Assembly (NCBI GenBank): GCA_002753335.1
Contig: PEAD01000024.1
Location: 1-47,642 of the forward strand
DNA from: Nitrospirae bacterium MYbin3
GTDB taxonomy: Bacteria > Nitrospirota > Thermodesulfovibrionia > Thermodesulfovibrionales > Dissulfurispiraceae
Length of the DNA stretch: 47,642 nucleotides
Direction of reading: 5' to 3'
The notes under the pieces were generated by a model. That model saw only the letters and a list, made by a program, of their open reading frames with translations. It was not told the origin of the DNA and made no database searches. Below are positions 38,091-47,601 of this stretch, piece by piece. The position numbers were made by a program, and so were the translations under genes. Numbering within the stretch: the stretch's first letter is position 1; every line of letters starts with the position of its first letter.

Positions 38091-38947
38091 CTCTCCAAAA
38101 CCTCTCCTGTCCCCTGATTGCCGATTTCGGGATACCATGAATCGCACGACCTGCAGACAGCATCTGTAAATTCAAGCCGTTCGTGTTGACCTCTTAAACC
38201 GCGGTAATTTTCACTGTGCCATATGCCGTATAGTGTTTGATTATTCACGTTTCCCATAGGATCCCCGTTCCAGTCGTGGTTGCATCTTCCAACACCGCCA
38301 TCATCATAAACAAGCATTTCATAAAACGGCATGACGCACAACTTTCTTTCGGCCCTTGGAGTGTCTAACGATCCAAACCTTCCGTCTTTTGAATGTTCAT
38401 CATACACCCTTACTCTGTCAACCTTAGACTGCCACAGTCTTTTAAATGTCTCTATGTCTTCGTCGGTAGTATAATCGCTCCTCACCATAGATGTCTGGGT
38501 CTTTACCCTGCCCTGATTGAAGTCTAAAAACTTAAGTATATTTTTCTCGACCATTCCGTATTTTGCCGGAACCCTGGTCTTTTCGTAAACTGAAGGCACA
38601 TCGAGGCTGAACGAAAGGAATGTTATCGAATCGACTATCGAAGCAAATTTATCTTCCACCAGCAACGTGGCGTTGGTAGCCATCTGGATCTCGCCGAATT
38701 TGCCGGCAACATATCTTAAGAGCTCTTTAAACCTAGGGTGCATCATGCTTTCACCGCGCCTGTGAAGAACTATTATGGTCTCAGGATAAAGCGAGGCCTC
38801 ATCAATTATTTTCACAAAAAGATCCCAATTTATATATCCTGACAATTCCTGCATATGATGACGAGGGCAGTAAACACATTTCAAATTGCAGTTGCTTGAA
38901 AGCTCTATTTCCAGTCTCTTCGGAAATTCAGGTGTAGAGTGCGCCAT
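38087..38947 (-). CDS. radical SAM protein with twitch/SPASM domain
   Basis: IELSSNCNLKCVYCPR, ATNATLL; C-terminal CVMPF...GRCNHD...MGNV...CRSC. Confidence 0.9.
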   Translation of the reverse strand: MAHSTPEFPKRLEIELSSNCNLKCVYCPRHHMQELSGYINWDLFVKIIDEASLYPETIIVLHRRGESMMHPRFKELLRYVAGKFGEIQMATNATLLVEDKFASIVDSITFLSFSLDVPSVYEKTRVPAKYGMVEKNILKFLDFNQGRVKTQTSMVRSDYTTDEDIETFKRLWQSKVDRVRVYDEHSKDGRFGSLDTPRAERKLCVMPFYEMLVYDDGGVGRCNHDWNGDPMGNVNNQTLYGIWHSENYRGLRGQHERLEFTDAVCRSCDSWYPEIGNQGTGEVLER

Positions 38948-38950
38948 TAC

Positions 38951-39685
38951 TTATCGATCCTCTAAAACCAGGTGATCCGATTTCTTCTGATCAAGCATCG
39001 ACCTATTCATCAGAACTATTTCAAAGATATCCTGGGAATCGAAATTGGTCGAATCTTTCAAAGAAGCCGCAATACTCCGGCAAAAACCGAGATCCTCCGG
39101 GTAATCAACCGTAAGCTTCATATCTTCAAATCCCTTCAGATTCATGCCTGCATCAATCGTTTTTGTTCTGAATCTCTCAGGATTATTTCTGATATAGCGA
39201 GTTACATGCTCAAGGTCTTCATCATCTGAGGAAGCCCGCAAACTTTCCTTTAGTGCATTCAGCGACACTATCTCTGCATCTGTGCCGACAAGAAATGTCA
39301 GTGGGGTGCAAAACACATAATCGACCTGACTGTCTTTAAACTCTCTAAACATAGCATCAATTCTACCAACATCAACAAACGGAGAGTCGGCACAAACTCT
39401 GCATATTGTATCGGAACCATAAAATTCGGCAGCTTTTACATATCTATAAAGCACGTTGCGCAAATCACCCCTGTAGACCTCAATTCTGTGAGCCATGCAA
39501 TAATCAAACAACTCATCGTCGCTTTTGTCGTTAGATGTTACAACCGCCGTTATGTCAGCTTCGGACGAAGCTGAACATCTGTTATAGATAAACTCTACAA
39601 TAGGCGTATCAAAAATATTGGATAACACTTTCCCTGGAAAGCGGCTTGAAGATAGCCTTGCCTGTATCAATATAGACTTTTTCAA
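38951..39685 (-). CDS. spsF: SpsF-like cytidylyltransferase (CMP-nonulosonate synthetase)
   Basis: IQARLSSSRFPGKVL, RVCADSPF, EHVT and LTVDYPED. Start TTG 39685 inferred; the ORF extends to ATG 39727. Confidence 0.85.
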   Translation of the reverse strand: MKKSILIQARLSSSRFPGKVLSNIFDTPIVEFIYNRCSASSEADITAVVTSNDKSDDELFDYCMAHRIEVYRGDLRNVLYRYVKAAEFYGSDTICRVCADSPFVDVGRIDAMFREFKDSQVDYVFCTPLTFLVGTDAEIVSLNALKESLRASSDDEDLEHVTRYIRNNPERFRTKTIDAGMNLKGFEDMKLTVDYPEDLGFCRSIAASLKDSTNFDSQDIFEIVLMNRSMLDQKKSDHLVLEDR

Positions 39686-39834
39686 TTTTATAGAAAAGCA
39701 CCTTAGCAAACAGGACAGACATCGCAACTTTTATTTAAGCAGGTTTTTTCAGGCAAATCAGCCTTATTTCCCTGCTTTTTATTATCGTGATATTATTATA
39801 AACGTTTATGCTATAGTTACGAAACGGAGGCGAT

Positions 39835-40992
39835 ATGAAACGATATTTAATTGTTGCAATATTTCTCTTATTAAGCATCAACTCTGCAACAGCGGTAACA
39901 GATAGACCTTTCAGTGACATTAACAGATTGGCCATATTCGACACTAATGAGAAAGATTTTTCTTTTGCGGTATTCGGGGACTTCAGAACTGCAAGACGCG
40001 ACAACCCTTATCATCAGGCATTCGAACACATAATCGAAGAACTTAAGCTAATCGCCCCGCATTTTATCATCAGCACTGGCGACGCCTATTACGGATACGG
40101 CGGCTCGATGCAGAGGTTCAAAAATGAAATAGACTATTTCGTCAGCAAAACCAAAAACCTGCCGTCTCCGTTTTTCAACATAATCGGCAACCATGAACTA
40201 GGAGGCACAGCAGAGAGGGAAAAGCTTGTCAAAGAACGCTTTGGTAATTTTTATGGATCATTTGATTTTGGAGGCTCGCATTTCATCGCTCTAAACACCG
40301 AAGAAACAGCAAAAGAAGGCACGATATCCGGAGAGCAGCTTTCGTGGCTAGAAAAAGACCTTGAATCCAACAAAACAGCCGCAAACATTTTTGTATTCCT
40401 GCACAGGCCGTTGTTTTCAGCGGTTGACCCTCTGCTGATGTCCGGCAAATCTTTTAAAGACAAAACAAACCGCGAAAATCTGCACAATCTTTTCAGAAGA
40501 TACAAAGTCAAAGTGGTCTTTGCAGGACACGAACACCTTTTTGACGACACATCAAAAGACGGAGTGCGCTACATCATAACAGGCGGTGGCGGTGCACCAC
40601 TTTATCAAGCCCCGAATAAAGGTGGGTTCTTTCATTATCTAATTGTAAAAGTCAAAGGCGCTGACGTGGGCCTAGAAATACTTGCACCGAACAGCCTTCA
40701 AAAAAAGACCGTATCAGGAAATAACGGGTTTGAAGCAAAAGGTGAAATAGAGCTGTTAAACATATCCCATGCCGCTTTACAAATTCGCAACCTTTATTTT
40801 CTTATGCCTGCTGCAGATGCCGGAAAATTCAAAGCAAAGGCTTTTAGCACATCAAAAAAAGGTGAACAGAAAGAGGTTCCGGCTAGAATATATAAAGTAA
40901 AGAATAACGGCGACGGAACCTCAACCGTCAGTGTAGAAGTTGAATTGCCGGCAAATGGAAGCCTCAGAGTTGTTGTTGAAACAGATATCTAG
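39835..40992 (+). CDS. exported calcineurin-like metallophosphoesterase
   Basis: Signal peptide MKRYLIVAIFLLLSINSATA; GDF, TGD, GNHE, LHRP and GHEH motifs. GGAGG RBS. Confidence 0.85.
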   Translation: MKRYLIVAIFLLLSINSATAVTDRPFSDINRLAIFDTNEKDFSFAVFGDFRTARRDNPYHQAFEHIIEELKLIAPHFIISTGDAYYGYGGSMQRFKNEIDYFVSKTKNLPSPFFNIIGNHELGGTAEREKLVKERFGNFYGSFDFGGSHFIALNTEETAKEGTISGEQLSWLEKDLESNKTAANIFVFLHRPLFSAVDPLLMSGKSFKDKTNRENLHNLFRRYKVKVVFAGHEHLFDDTSKDGVRYIITGGGGAPLYQAPNKGGFFHYLIVKVKGADVGLEILAPNSLQKKTVSGNNGFEAKGEIELLNISHAALQIRNLYFLMPAADAGKFKAKAFSTSKKGEQKEVPARIYKVKNNGDGTSTVSVEVELPANGSLRVVVETDI

Positions 40993-40995
40993 CAG

Positions 40996-41715
40996 TTATT
41001 GATGTTTTGTTATAAGCACGTTGTAGCCCTCATCAGCAAGCTTGGCGCCTACCTTTTGAGCATCATTTTTGCTGCTGAATTTGCCGATCCTCACTCTGTG
41101 ATACTGCACTCCATCAACATTAGCCTTTGTTATATAAACATCCTTGTAATTCAAATCCAGCGCCATTTTTAGGCGTGAAGCATTTGCCTCTTCCCTGAAG
41201 GCTCCCGCCTGAATAGTAAGCACTCCGTCAGTGGTGCCATATTTTATGTATTTAACATATCTCATGTCTCTGCCAAGCGGCTCGATTATCACCGGCGCGG
41301 TTCCTGGGCCGATCATATCAATGCCCTTTGCAGCTGCGTATGAAAGATCAAGATCCCTTCCAGCAACAAACGGGCCCCTGTCATTCACTATGCAGTCAAT
41401 GTCTTTATTGCTAAGCGTGCTCAAAACTTTCAGCTTGGTTCCGAACGGGTATTCCTTATGAGCGCATGTAAGGTCGTACATATTGAATATTTCTCCTGAC
41501 GCTGTAGGCTTGCCGTGAAAGTCAGCGCCGTACCAAGAGGCAACAATACGCTTCTTTTCTCCGCGAAGCTCCTGAAATTCTGTCGATGGCTTATCAGCAG
41601 GCTTTGCAGATGGTTTTGGCGGCACAGATTTGTCGTCCCGTACAGAGAGGTACTTTGTTGAACATGAAGATAGAATCAACAATAAGCATACGGCTGCAAA
41701 AGACGCACTCCGCAT
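40996..41715 (-). CDS. rlpA: septal ring lytic transglycosylase RlpA (DPBB + SPOR lipoprotein)
   Basis: Lipobox LSSC; ASWYG.DFHGKPTASGE, AHK, VNDRGPFV.GR.LDLS; SPOR motif IQAGAF...HRVRIG. ATG 41715. Confidence 0.92.
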   Translation of the reverse strand: MRSASFAAVCLLLILSSCSTKYLSVRDDKSVPPKPSAKPADKPSTEFQELRGEKKRIVASWYGADFHGKPTASGEIFNMYDLTCAHKEYPFGTKLKVLSTLSNKDIDCIVNDRGPFVAGRDLDLSYAAAKGIDMIGPGTAPVIIEPLGRDMRYVKYIKYGTTDGVLTIQAGAFREEANASRLKMALDLNYKDVYITKANVDGVQYHRVRIGKFSSKNDAQKVGAKLADEGYNVLITKHQ

Positions 41716-41722
41716 GAATCTT

Positions 41723-43069
41723 TTACAGAATATACTTGCTAAGATCCTGGTCTTTAACAATATCAGAAAGCTTGCCATTAACATGTCCCTTGTCTATCTT
41801 AACCGACTGCCCCTTCATTTCCGGGGCATCAAACGATATATCATCAAGAAGCCGTTCAAGCACTGTGTGCAGCCTGCGAGCCCCGATATTCTCGGTCTTC
41901 TCGTTAACCACAGCCGCAATCTCAGCAATCTCAGATATCGCATCATCTCCGAACTGAAGAGTTACCTCCTCGGTCTCGAGCAATGCTATGTACTGCTTGA
42001 TAAGGGCGTTGTGAGGCTCGGTAAGTATTCGCACGAATTCATCTTTGCCTAGAGAATCAAGCTCGACCCTTATCGGAAATCTTCCCTGCAGCTCCGGGAT
42101 CAGGTCAGACGGCTTTGCTGTATGAAAGGCCCCTGCGGCTATAAATAACACATGGTCAGTTCTTACAGGGCCGTGCTTGGTAGAAACGGTTGAACCTTCC
42201 ACAATCGGAAGCAGATCGCGCTGAACACCTTCCCGAGAAACATCGGGGCCATGACTGTGTCCCCTGCTTGCCACCTTGTCAATCTCGTCTATAAAGACTA
42301 TTCCTGTCTGCTCAACCCTTTCCCTTGCCTCTTTAGTAACCTTTTCCATATCTATAAGTTTGCCCGCTTCTTCGTGAGTAAGCATTGTAAGAGCTTCGGG
42401 TATCTTGACCTTTTTTCTCTTGGATTTTTCAGGCAGCAATCCTCCGAGCATATCTTTTAGATTTATTTCGAGCTCTTCAAGGCCTACATTCGATATCACT
42501 CCAAATGGCATCGCCTTTTCTTTTACCTCTATGTCAACATATCTGGAATCGAGCTTGCCTTCCCGCAATTGAGTTCTCAAGCGTTCACGCGTGTCACCGT
42601 TTTGCTCCCTGTCCTGCTCTATTTCATCAGGTATAAGAGTTTTAGGCTGCCGCGGAGGAGGCAAAAGCAGATCAAGCACTCTGTCTTCAGCAAGAGACTT
42701 GGCCCTTTCCTGTACCCTTTCGATATGCTCGCTTTTTACCATTCCAAGAGCTATCTCCATAAGATCCCTTACAATCGATTCCACATCTCGTCCTACATAT
42801 CCAACCTCTGTGAATTTAGAAGCCTCTACTTTCAAAAATGGCGCCCCTGCAAGACGCGCAAGCCTTCTCGCTATTTCTGTCTTGCCCACGCCTGTAGGTC
42901 CTATCATGATTATATTCTTTGGCAGCACCTCATCCTTAAGATCGGACGTTATATTCTGCCGCCGCCACCTGTTCCTGAGCGCAATAGCGACCGCGCGCTT
43001 GGCCTTGTCCTGCCCGATAATATACTTGTCAAGCTCTTCTACAATTTTTCTGGGTGTAAAATTATGCAT
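41723..43069 (-). CDS. hslU: ATP-dependent protease ATPase subunit HslU
   Basis: [49 protein letters not shown] and NIGARRL; ends KYIL. Confidence 0.97.
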   Translation of the reverse strand: MHNFTPRKIVEELDKYIIGQDKAKRAVAIALRNRWRRQNITSDLKDEVLPKNIIMIGPTGVGKTEIARRLARLAGAPFLKVEASKFTEVGYVGRDVESIVRDLMEIALGMVKSEHIERVQERAKSLAEDRVLDLLLPPPRQPKTLIPDEIEQDREQNGDTRERLRTQLREGKLDSRYVDIEVKEKAMPFGVISNVGLEELEINLKDMLGGLLPEKSKRKKVKIPEALTMLTHEEAGKLIDMEKVTKEARERVEQTGIVFIDEIDKVASRGHSHGPDVSREGVQRDLLPIVEGSTVSTKHGPVRTDHVLFIAAGAFHTAKPSDLIPELQGRFPIRVELDSLGKDEFVRILTEPHNALIKQYIALLETEEVTLQFGDDAISEIAEIAAVVNEKTENIGARRLHTVLERLLDDISFDAPEMKGQSVKIDKGHVNGKLSDIVKDQDLSKYIL

Positions 43070-43595
43070 CAAGTTCCTCAACAGTAATATTTTTGTTGCT
43101 GTATATGCAGATGTCGGCTGCAATCTCCATCGCCTTTTGCACTATTTCGTTTGCCGGCAGTTCGGTATTTTCGTATAAAGCCCTTGCGGCCGCCTGAGCA
43201 AATGGCCCGCCCGATCCTATAGCAGAGACACCTATTTCTGGTTCTATAACATCGCCAGTGCCCGAAATTATAAAAGTATGGTCAATATCCGCAACGATCA
43301 ACAAGGCCTCAAGTCTTCTGAGCATCTTGTCTGTGCGCCAATCTTTGGCCAATTCAACAGCAGCCCTAGTTATGTTTCCCCTGTAAGATTCGAGCTTCGA
43401 CTCAAACTTCTCAAACAGTGTGAAAGCGTCTGCGGTAGCCCCTGCAAATCCGGCCAAAACTTTATTATTATACATCTTCCTCGTCTTTTTGGCATTGTGT
43501 TTTAGGATGGTATTGCCCATCGTAACCTGACCGTCGCTGGCAATAGAAACCTTGCCGTTTCTCCTGACGCAAAGTATTGTAGTGGCATGAAACAT
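43062..43595 (-). CDS. hslV: ATP-dependent protease subunit HslV
   Basis: [22 protein letters not shown] and AIGSGG. Confidence 0.97.
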   Translation of the reverse strand: MFHATTILCVRRNGKVSIASDGQVTMGNTILKHNAKKTRKMYNNKVLAGFAGATADAFTLFEKFESKLESYRGNITRAAVELAKDWRTDKMLRRLEALLIVADIDHTFIISGTGDVIEPEIGVSAIGSGGPFAQAAARALYENTELPANEIVQKAMEIAADICIYSNKNITVEELDA

Positions 43596-43612
43596 TATTT
43601 GTATCCTCCTTC

Positions 43613-44533
43613 TCAGCCCTTGTTTTCGGTATTGTCAGACATAGGGTGTGCCTTGTCATAAATATCCATTAAATGTCCCAAATCAAGATGCGTGTACTTC
43701 TGTGTTGTCGAAAGCGATGAGTGTCCGAGCAGTTCCTGAATCACTCGCAAATCTGCCCCTCCCGTCAAAAGATGCGTAGCAAAAGAATGTCTTAGAGTAT
43801 GCGGCCCTATCTGGCCTTCGATGCCTATGGCACGTGCATATTTGACCACCATACTTCGTATCTGCCTGTCCGAGATTCTTTTCCCTCTCCTGTCAATAAA
43901 GAAGGGCACACTATCTTTGTTCTGTGAGGAATCCTTCATAAGTCCTGCGCGCTCGGATAAATAGGCTTCAAGCGCTTTGAGAGCTTTTTGGCCTATTGGC
44001 AATATCCGCTCTTTTTTGCCTTTGCCCATGACCTTAACAAGGCCCTCACGAATATTGATGTCTCCGTCATTAAGACCGGCAGCCTCACTTACACGAAGCC
44101 CGCTAGAATATATCAGCTCAAGCAGCGCATGGTCCCGGGCCGGTATCGCGCCTTCTCCGGTCGGCTTTTCAACAAGCGTGACGGTGTCATCCACCGATAG
44201 AAAATTAGGAAGATGCTTTGCGATTTTAGGTGAGGGAACAAGCTTAGCCTGATTTATCTTCACAAGGCCTTCACGGTAGAGCCAGTTGAAAAAAGAGCGC
44301 AGCGTGGCAAGCCTTCTCGACACCGTTGTCTTAGATTTTTTGTCCATAATCTGCTCCGAAACAAAACCCCTTATGTCGAGCATCTCTATTTCTGACGGGA
44401 TTTTGTCGCAGGAATTTAGGAATTCGAGCAGGTCGCCTTCATAAGCGCGAAGCGTATGTTGGGACATCCCCCTTTCAACATCGAGATGCCGCAAAAATCT
44501 GTCGATATACTCTTTAAGTCCTCTGTTTTCCAT
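43613..44533 (-). CDS. xerC: tyrosine recombinase XerC
   Basis: [29 protein letters not shown] and [15 protein letters not shown]. Lies directly upstream of hslVU. Confidence 0.88.
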   Translation of the reverse strand: MENRGLKEYIDRFLRHLDVERGMSQHTLRAYEGDLLEFLNSCDKIPSEIEMLDIRGFVSEQIMDKKSKTTVSRRLATLRSFFNWLYREGLVKINQAKLVPSPKIAKHLPNFLSVDDTVTLVEKPTGEGAIPARDHALLELIYSSGLRVSEAAGLNDGDINIREGLVKVMGKGKKERILPIGQKALKALEAYLSERAGLMKDSSQNKDSVPFFIDRRGKRISDRQIRSMVVKYARAIGIEGQIGPHTLRHSFATHLLTGGADLRVIQELLGHSSLSTTQKYTHLDLGHLMDIYDKAHPMSDNTENKG

Positions 44534-44557
44534 ATGCCGCGCCGATTTCTTAGTATA

Positions 44558-45010
44558 TCAGATGGCGTTATGGTTTGAGTGCTCAGGCAAGACCTCCAAC
44601 ACAATCATAGATGAGCTTGTATCTAGCGCCCTAAGCTTGCTGTACGATATTAACGATGCAGTTATCATGGCTGCAAAACCAAAAATAACATCAAGATTCT
44701 TTACCTCTATCCGCTCAGACAAAATACTGCCGGCTAATGCCCCTGCAAAAAGCGCAATAATAGGTATTACAAAAGACAAAAAATATCCCTTTCTTCTTAT
44801 GCGATTATCAAGCCCAACCCTTACAATATCCCCCTGCTGTGCAGCAACTCTATTTTCTGCCTTTAAAAAACGGGCGTTGCCGCCCGGATTACAAAGGCCC
44901 ATTTTGCCTGCGCCACAGCCTTTGCAGGCATGGCCTCCGTTAAGCATTACAACAGCGGTAAGGCCTTCAAGCCTAACAACAGTACCTGTCTCGGGGATGG
45001 AAGGTTTCAT
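44558..45010 (-). CDS. RseC/MucC (SoxR reducing system) family membrane protein
   Basis: ETGTVV, CKGC...C, GDIVRV and two C-terminal hydrophobic helices. Confidence 0.75.
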   Translation of the reverse strand: MKPSIPETGTVVRLEGLTAVVMLNGGHACKGCGAGKMGLCNPGGNARFLKAENRVAAQQGDIVRVGLDNRIRRKGYFLSFVIPIIALFAGALAGSILSERIEVKNLDVIFGFAAMITASLISYSKLRALDTSSSMIVLEVLPEHSNHNAI

Positions 45011-45103
45011 GATTTAAGATTAGCCTAAAAAAACAGAAGCCGTGTATGACACAGCTCATAGAACAGCAAAAAATAAACCACAGAGCACACAGAGAAAAAG
45101 ATT

Positions 45104-45895
45104 TTAGCCTAAAAGAGAGAGGGCATTATCCCTTAAGATCCGTTTTTCGAGCGATTCTCCGAGACCGAGACCTTGCAGTCTCTTAATAGCCGCGCACTGT
45201 TCTGTCCATGGCGAATCAGAACCGAAAAGAATATACCCTTCGGGATGGCTTGTGATTATGCGCCTTGCATCAGCATTGTTCAGAAGCTCGAGTGAGAAAG
45301 AGATCTCCATATAAACCTCTCTGCCGGACATATGCCTTTCCACCTCTGCCCAGTCATCCCATGCGCCTAAATGCGAAGCCACCAGCTTAAGCGATGGCAC
45401 CGCTTCAAGCACATTGATGATTTTGGCCGGATCAGCCTTCCTGTCCTTCGGAAACGCAATATCAAAGCCGGTATGCGAAAGAAGTATCAGTCCTTCATCC
45501 GCTATCTTCTCATAAATAGGGAAAAGCCTCCGCTCGTCAAGATCAAACTCCTGATAGTAAGGATGCATCTTAATGCCTTTAAATCCCTCCAATTTAATTG
45601 CTTCGATATGCTCCTCCCATTGCGGATCGGCAGGGTGCAGTGAGAGAAATGGGATTATCCTGTCTGACGCTATCTCTTTTGACCATGAAAGTATCGAGTC
45701 GAACTGTGACGGCTTGGTCGCAATTGAGCAGATGACACTTTTTTCGATACTGCAACGATCCATTGCCGAAAGCAAAGAAGAAATCTTGCCGTCAAGATTT
45801 GCTTTGCAGTCGCCTTCTTTTTCTAGTACAGGAATGGCTTTTTCGGCAAGCTTATCAGGAAAAGCATGCGTGTGAAAATCTATTATGCCTGACAT
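45104..45895 (-). CDS. amidohydrolase family (TIM-barrel metal-dependent hydrolase)
   Basis: IDFHTH, GIKMHP, SHTG, SHLG and LFGSDSPW. Confidence 0.85.
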   Translation of the reverse strand: MSGIIDFHTHAFPDKLAEKAIPVLEKEGDCKANLDGKISSLLSAMDRCSIEKSVICSIATKPSQFDSILSWSKEIASDRIIPFLSLHPADPQWEEHIEAIKLEGFKGIKMHPYYQEFDLDERRLFPIYEKIADEGLILLSHTGFDIAFPKDRKADPAKIINVLEAVPSLKLVASHLGAWDDWAEVERHMSGREVYMEISFSLELLNNADARRIITSHPEGYILFGSDSPWTEQCAAIKRLQGLGLGESLEKRILRDNALSLLG

Positions 45896-45943
45896 GCGAA
45901 TATTATAACCTAACGCTTTTGAGCAAGTTCGAAACTCACCATT

Positions 45944-47281
45944 TCAAGTCTGTTCTATTCCGTACTTCTTAAGTTTAAGATAAAGCGTTTTTCTGTCAAT
46001 GCCGAGTATCTGGCTCGCCTTGGATTGATTGCCTCCGGTTTCCTTCAACACCTTTAAAATATGATCCCTCTCCAACGCTTCAAGAGATAAATGCGACCTC
46101 TCTCTTTTTGAACGGAGGGGTCCAGAAATCGAAAGGTCCTCTACACCTAGATTTTCAGAATCGCATAGTATGACAGCTCTTTCTATAACATTCTCTAGTT
46201 CTCTCACATTGCCCGGCCAATTGTATGCATTAAGCGCAACAGCAGCGGCGGTAGTTATGCCGCTAATATTTTTAGACATCTTTCTGCTATACCTTCTCAC
46301 AAAAAATTCTGCAAGAAGAGTTATATCGTCTCTGCGCTCCCTAAGCGGAGGCATTACTATGCTTATAACATTAAGTCGGTAGAACAGATCCTGCCTGAAA
46401 GATCCGGATTCAACAGCTTCAGCCAAATCCTTATTGGTGGCAGCGATTACGCGCACATCAACTTTTAGGTTTTTGTTTCCGCCTACCCGTCTGAACTCTC
46501 CGGAATCTAAAAATCTTAGCAGTTTAGACTGAAGGTTAAGCGGCATATCACCGATTTCATCAAGAAAAAGCGTGCCTTTGTCAGCCACCTCGACAATGCC
46601 GTATTTTGTCTGGTACGCGCTGGTAAACGCGCCCTTCTCATGGCCAAAAAGCTCCGACTCCATAAGATTTTCGGATAAAGTAGCGCAATTAAGCGCGGTG
46701 AACGGGCCTTGATCTCTTTTGCTGTAATGCCAGATGGCATTGGCAACCATCTCTTTGCCGGTGCCGCTTTCGCCCTGAACAAAAACAGAGGAGTCTGTTG
46801 GACCGATCTTTTTTATAAGCGCCATCAATTCCACAAAAGGTCCGCTCCTGCCCACAAACTCGGGCATGGACTCTTTCCGGGCAAGCTCTTGCTCAAGAAG
46901 CCGATTCTTGATTTTTAATTGCCTGTATTCAAATGCCCTGTGAATAATGATAACAAGCTCATCAAGCTTGTACGGTTTAGATAAATAGTCATAGGCCCCG
47001 TGCTTCATGGCATCAACGGCGGTCTCTACCGTAGCCCTTCCGGTAAGCACAACAATTGAGGGCATAGCAGAGTCTTTGCTTATCTTCTTCATAAAGGAGA
47101 TGCCATCAAGTCCTGGCATCACAACATCAAGAAGAACAACATCGTATGCATTGTTTTTTAGAAACGTGAGGGCGGTTTCTCCATCCGGAACAGTCTCGAC
47201 ATAAAACCCCTTCCTCTTCAGCTCCCTGTCCAGAAGCCGTCTGAAAGGCTCTTCATCATCAACAACAAGAACTCTGATCAT
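45944..47281 (-). CDS. sigma-54-dependent two-component response regulator (NtrC family: REC-AAA+-Fis HTH)
   Basis: VLVVDDE, LLDVVMP, GESGTGKE, ESELFGHEKGAFTSA, FLDEIG, WPGNVREL and LGIDRKTLY. Start ATG 47281 or GTG 47347. Confidence 0.93.
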   Translation of the reverse strand: MIRVLVVDDEEPFRRLLDRELKRKGFYVETVPDGETALTFLKNNAYDVVLLDVVMPGLDGISFMKKISKDSAMPSIVVLTGRATVETAVDAMKHGAYDYLSKPYKLDELVIIIHRAFEYRQLKIKNRLLEQELARKESMPEFVGRSGPFVELMALIKKIGPTDSSVFVQGESGTGKEMVANAIWHYSKRDQGPFTALNCATLSENLMESELFGHEKGAFTSAYQTKYGIVEVADKGTLFLDEIGDMPLNLQSKLLRFLDSGEFRRVGGNKNLKVDVRVIAATNKDLAEAVESGSFRQDLFYRLNVISIVMPPLRERRDDITLLAEFFVRRYSRKMSKNISGITTAAAVALNAYNWPGNVRELENVIERAVILCDSENLGVEDLSISGPLRSKRERSHLSLEALERDHILKVLKETGGNQSKASQILGIDRKTLYLKLKKYGIEQT

Positions 47282-47393
47282 ATTTTCAATAGGAGCTTTG
47301 AAGCCATATGTTTCGCCAGCTTCCAGTTGAGACAAACTTTTTTTCACAATGTGTCACTTCAACCAATTATTGGCGCCGAATACAACTATATAC

Positions 47394-47499
47394 TGTCACA
47401 GAGTATCACTTTTAAATGGTTTTTACAATAAAATGGCAGCATAAATAACCCAATTCCTGTCACAGAGTAAAAAATCACCCTAAAGGTTGTCACAGAGTA
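47394..47499. repeat. three exact 12-bp direct repeats TGTCACAGAGTA
   Basis: Copies at 47394-47405, 47458-47469 and 47488-47499; partial TGTCAC at 47352-47357. Confidence 0.85.
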
Positions 47500-47585
47500 T
47501 TATATCTAACATCCACTACTTTCGCTTTTAAATACATGTTACGTCCCAGCAAAGCGATACCGATTTTAAGGGTGTAAATCCCACC

Positions 47586-47601
47586 TAACCGGTACCGGTT
47601 A
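47586..47601. repeat. perfect 16-bp palindrome TAACCGGTACCGGTTA
   Basis: Read directly from the sequence. Confidence 0.7.

Noticed and set aside
43613..44533. Tyrosine recombinase as the island's integrase
   Set aside because: Size, motifs and position upstream of hslVU fit housekeeping XerC. It is ~4 kb from the island edge and no att sites were seen.
1483..47204. Short antisense or nested ORFs in the track (e.g. 12604..13155, 18682..19155, 42591..43178, 44562..45017)
   Set aside because: They overlap well-supported genes and lack recognisable motifs; they are shadow ORFs.
47394..47499. CRISPR array formed by the 12-bp repeats
   Set aside because: Repeats are too short and irregularly spaced (64 and 30 bp).
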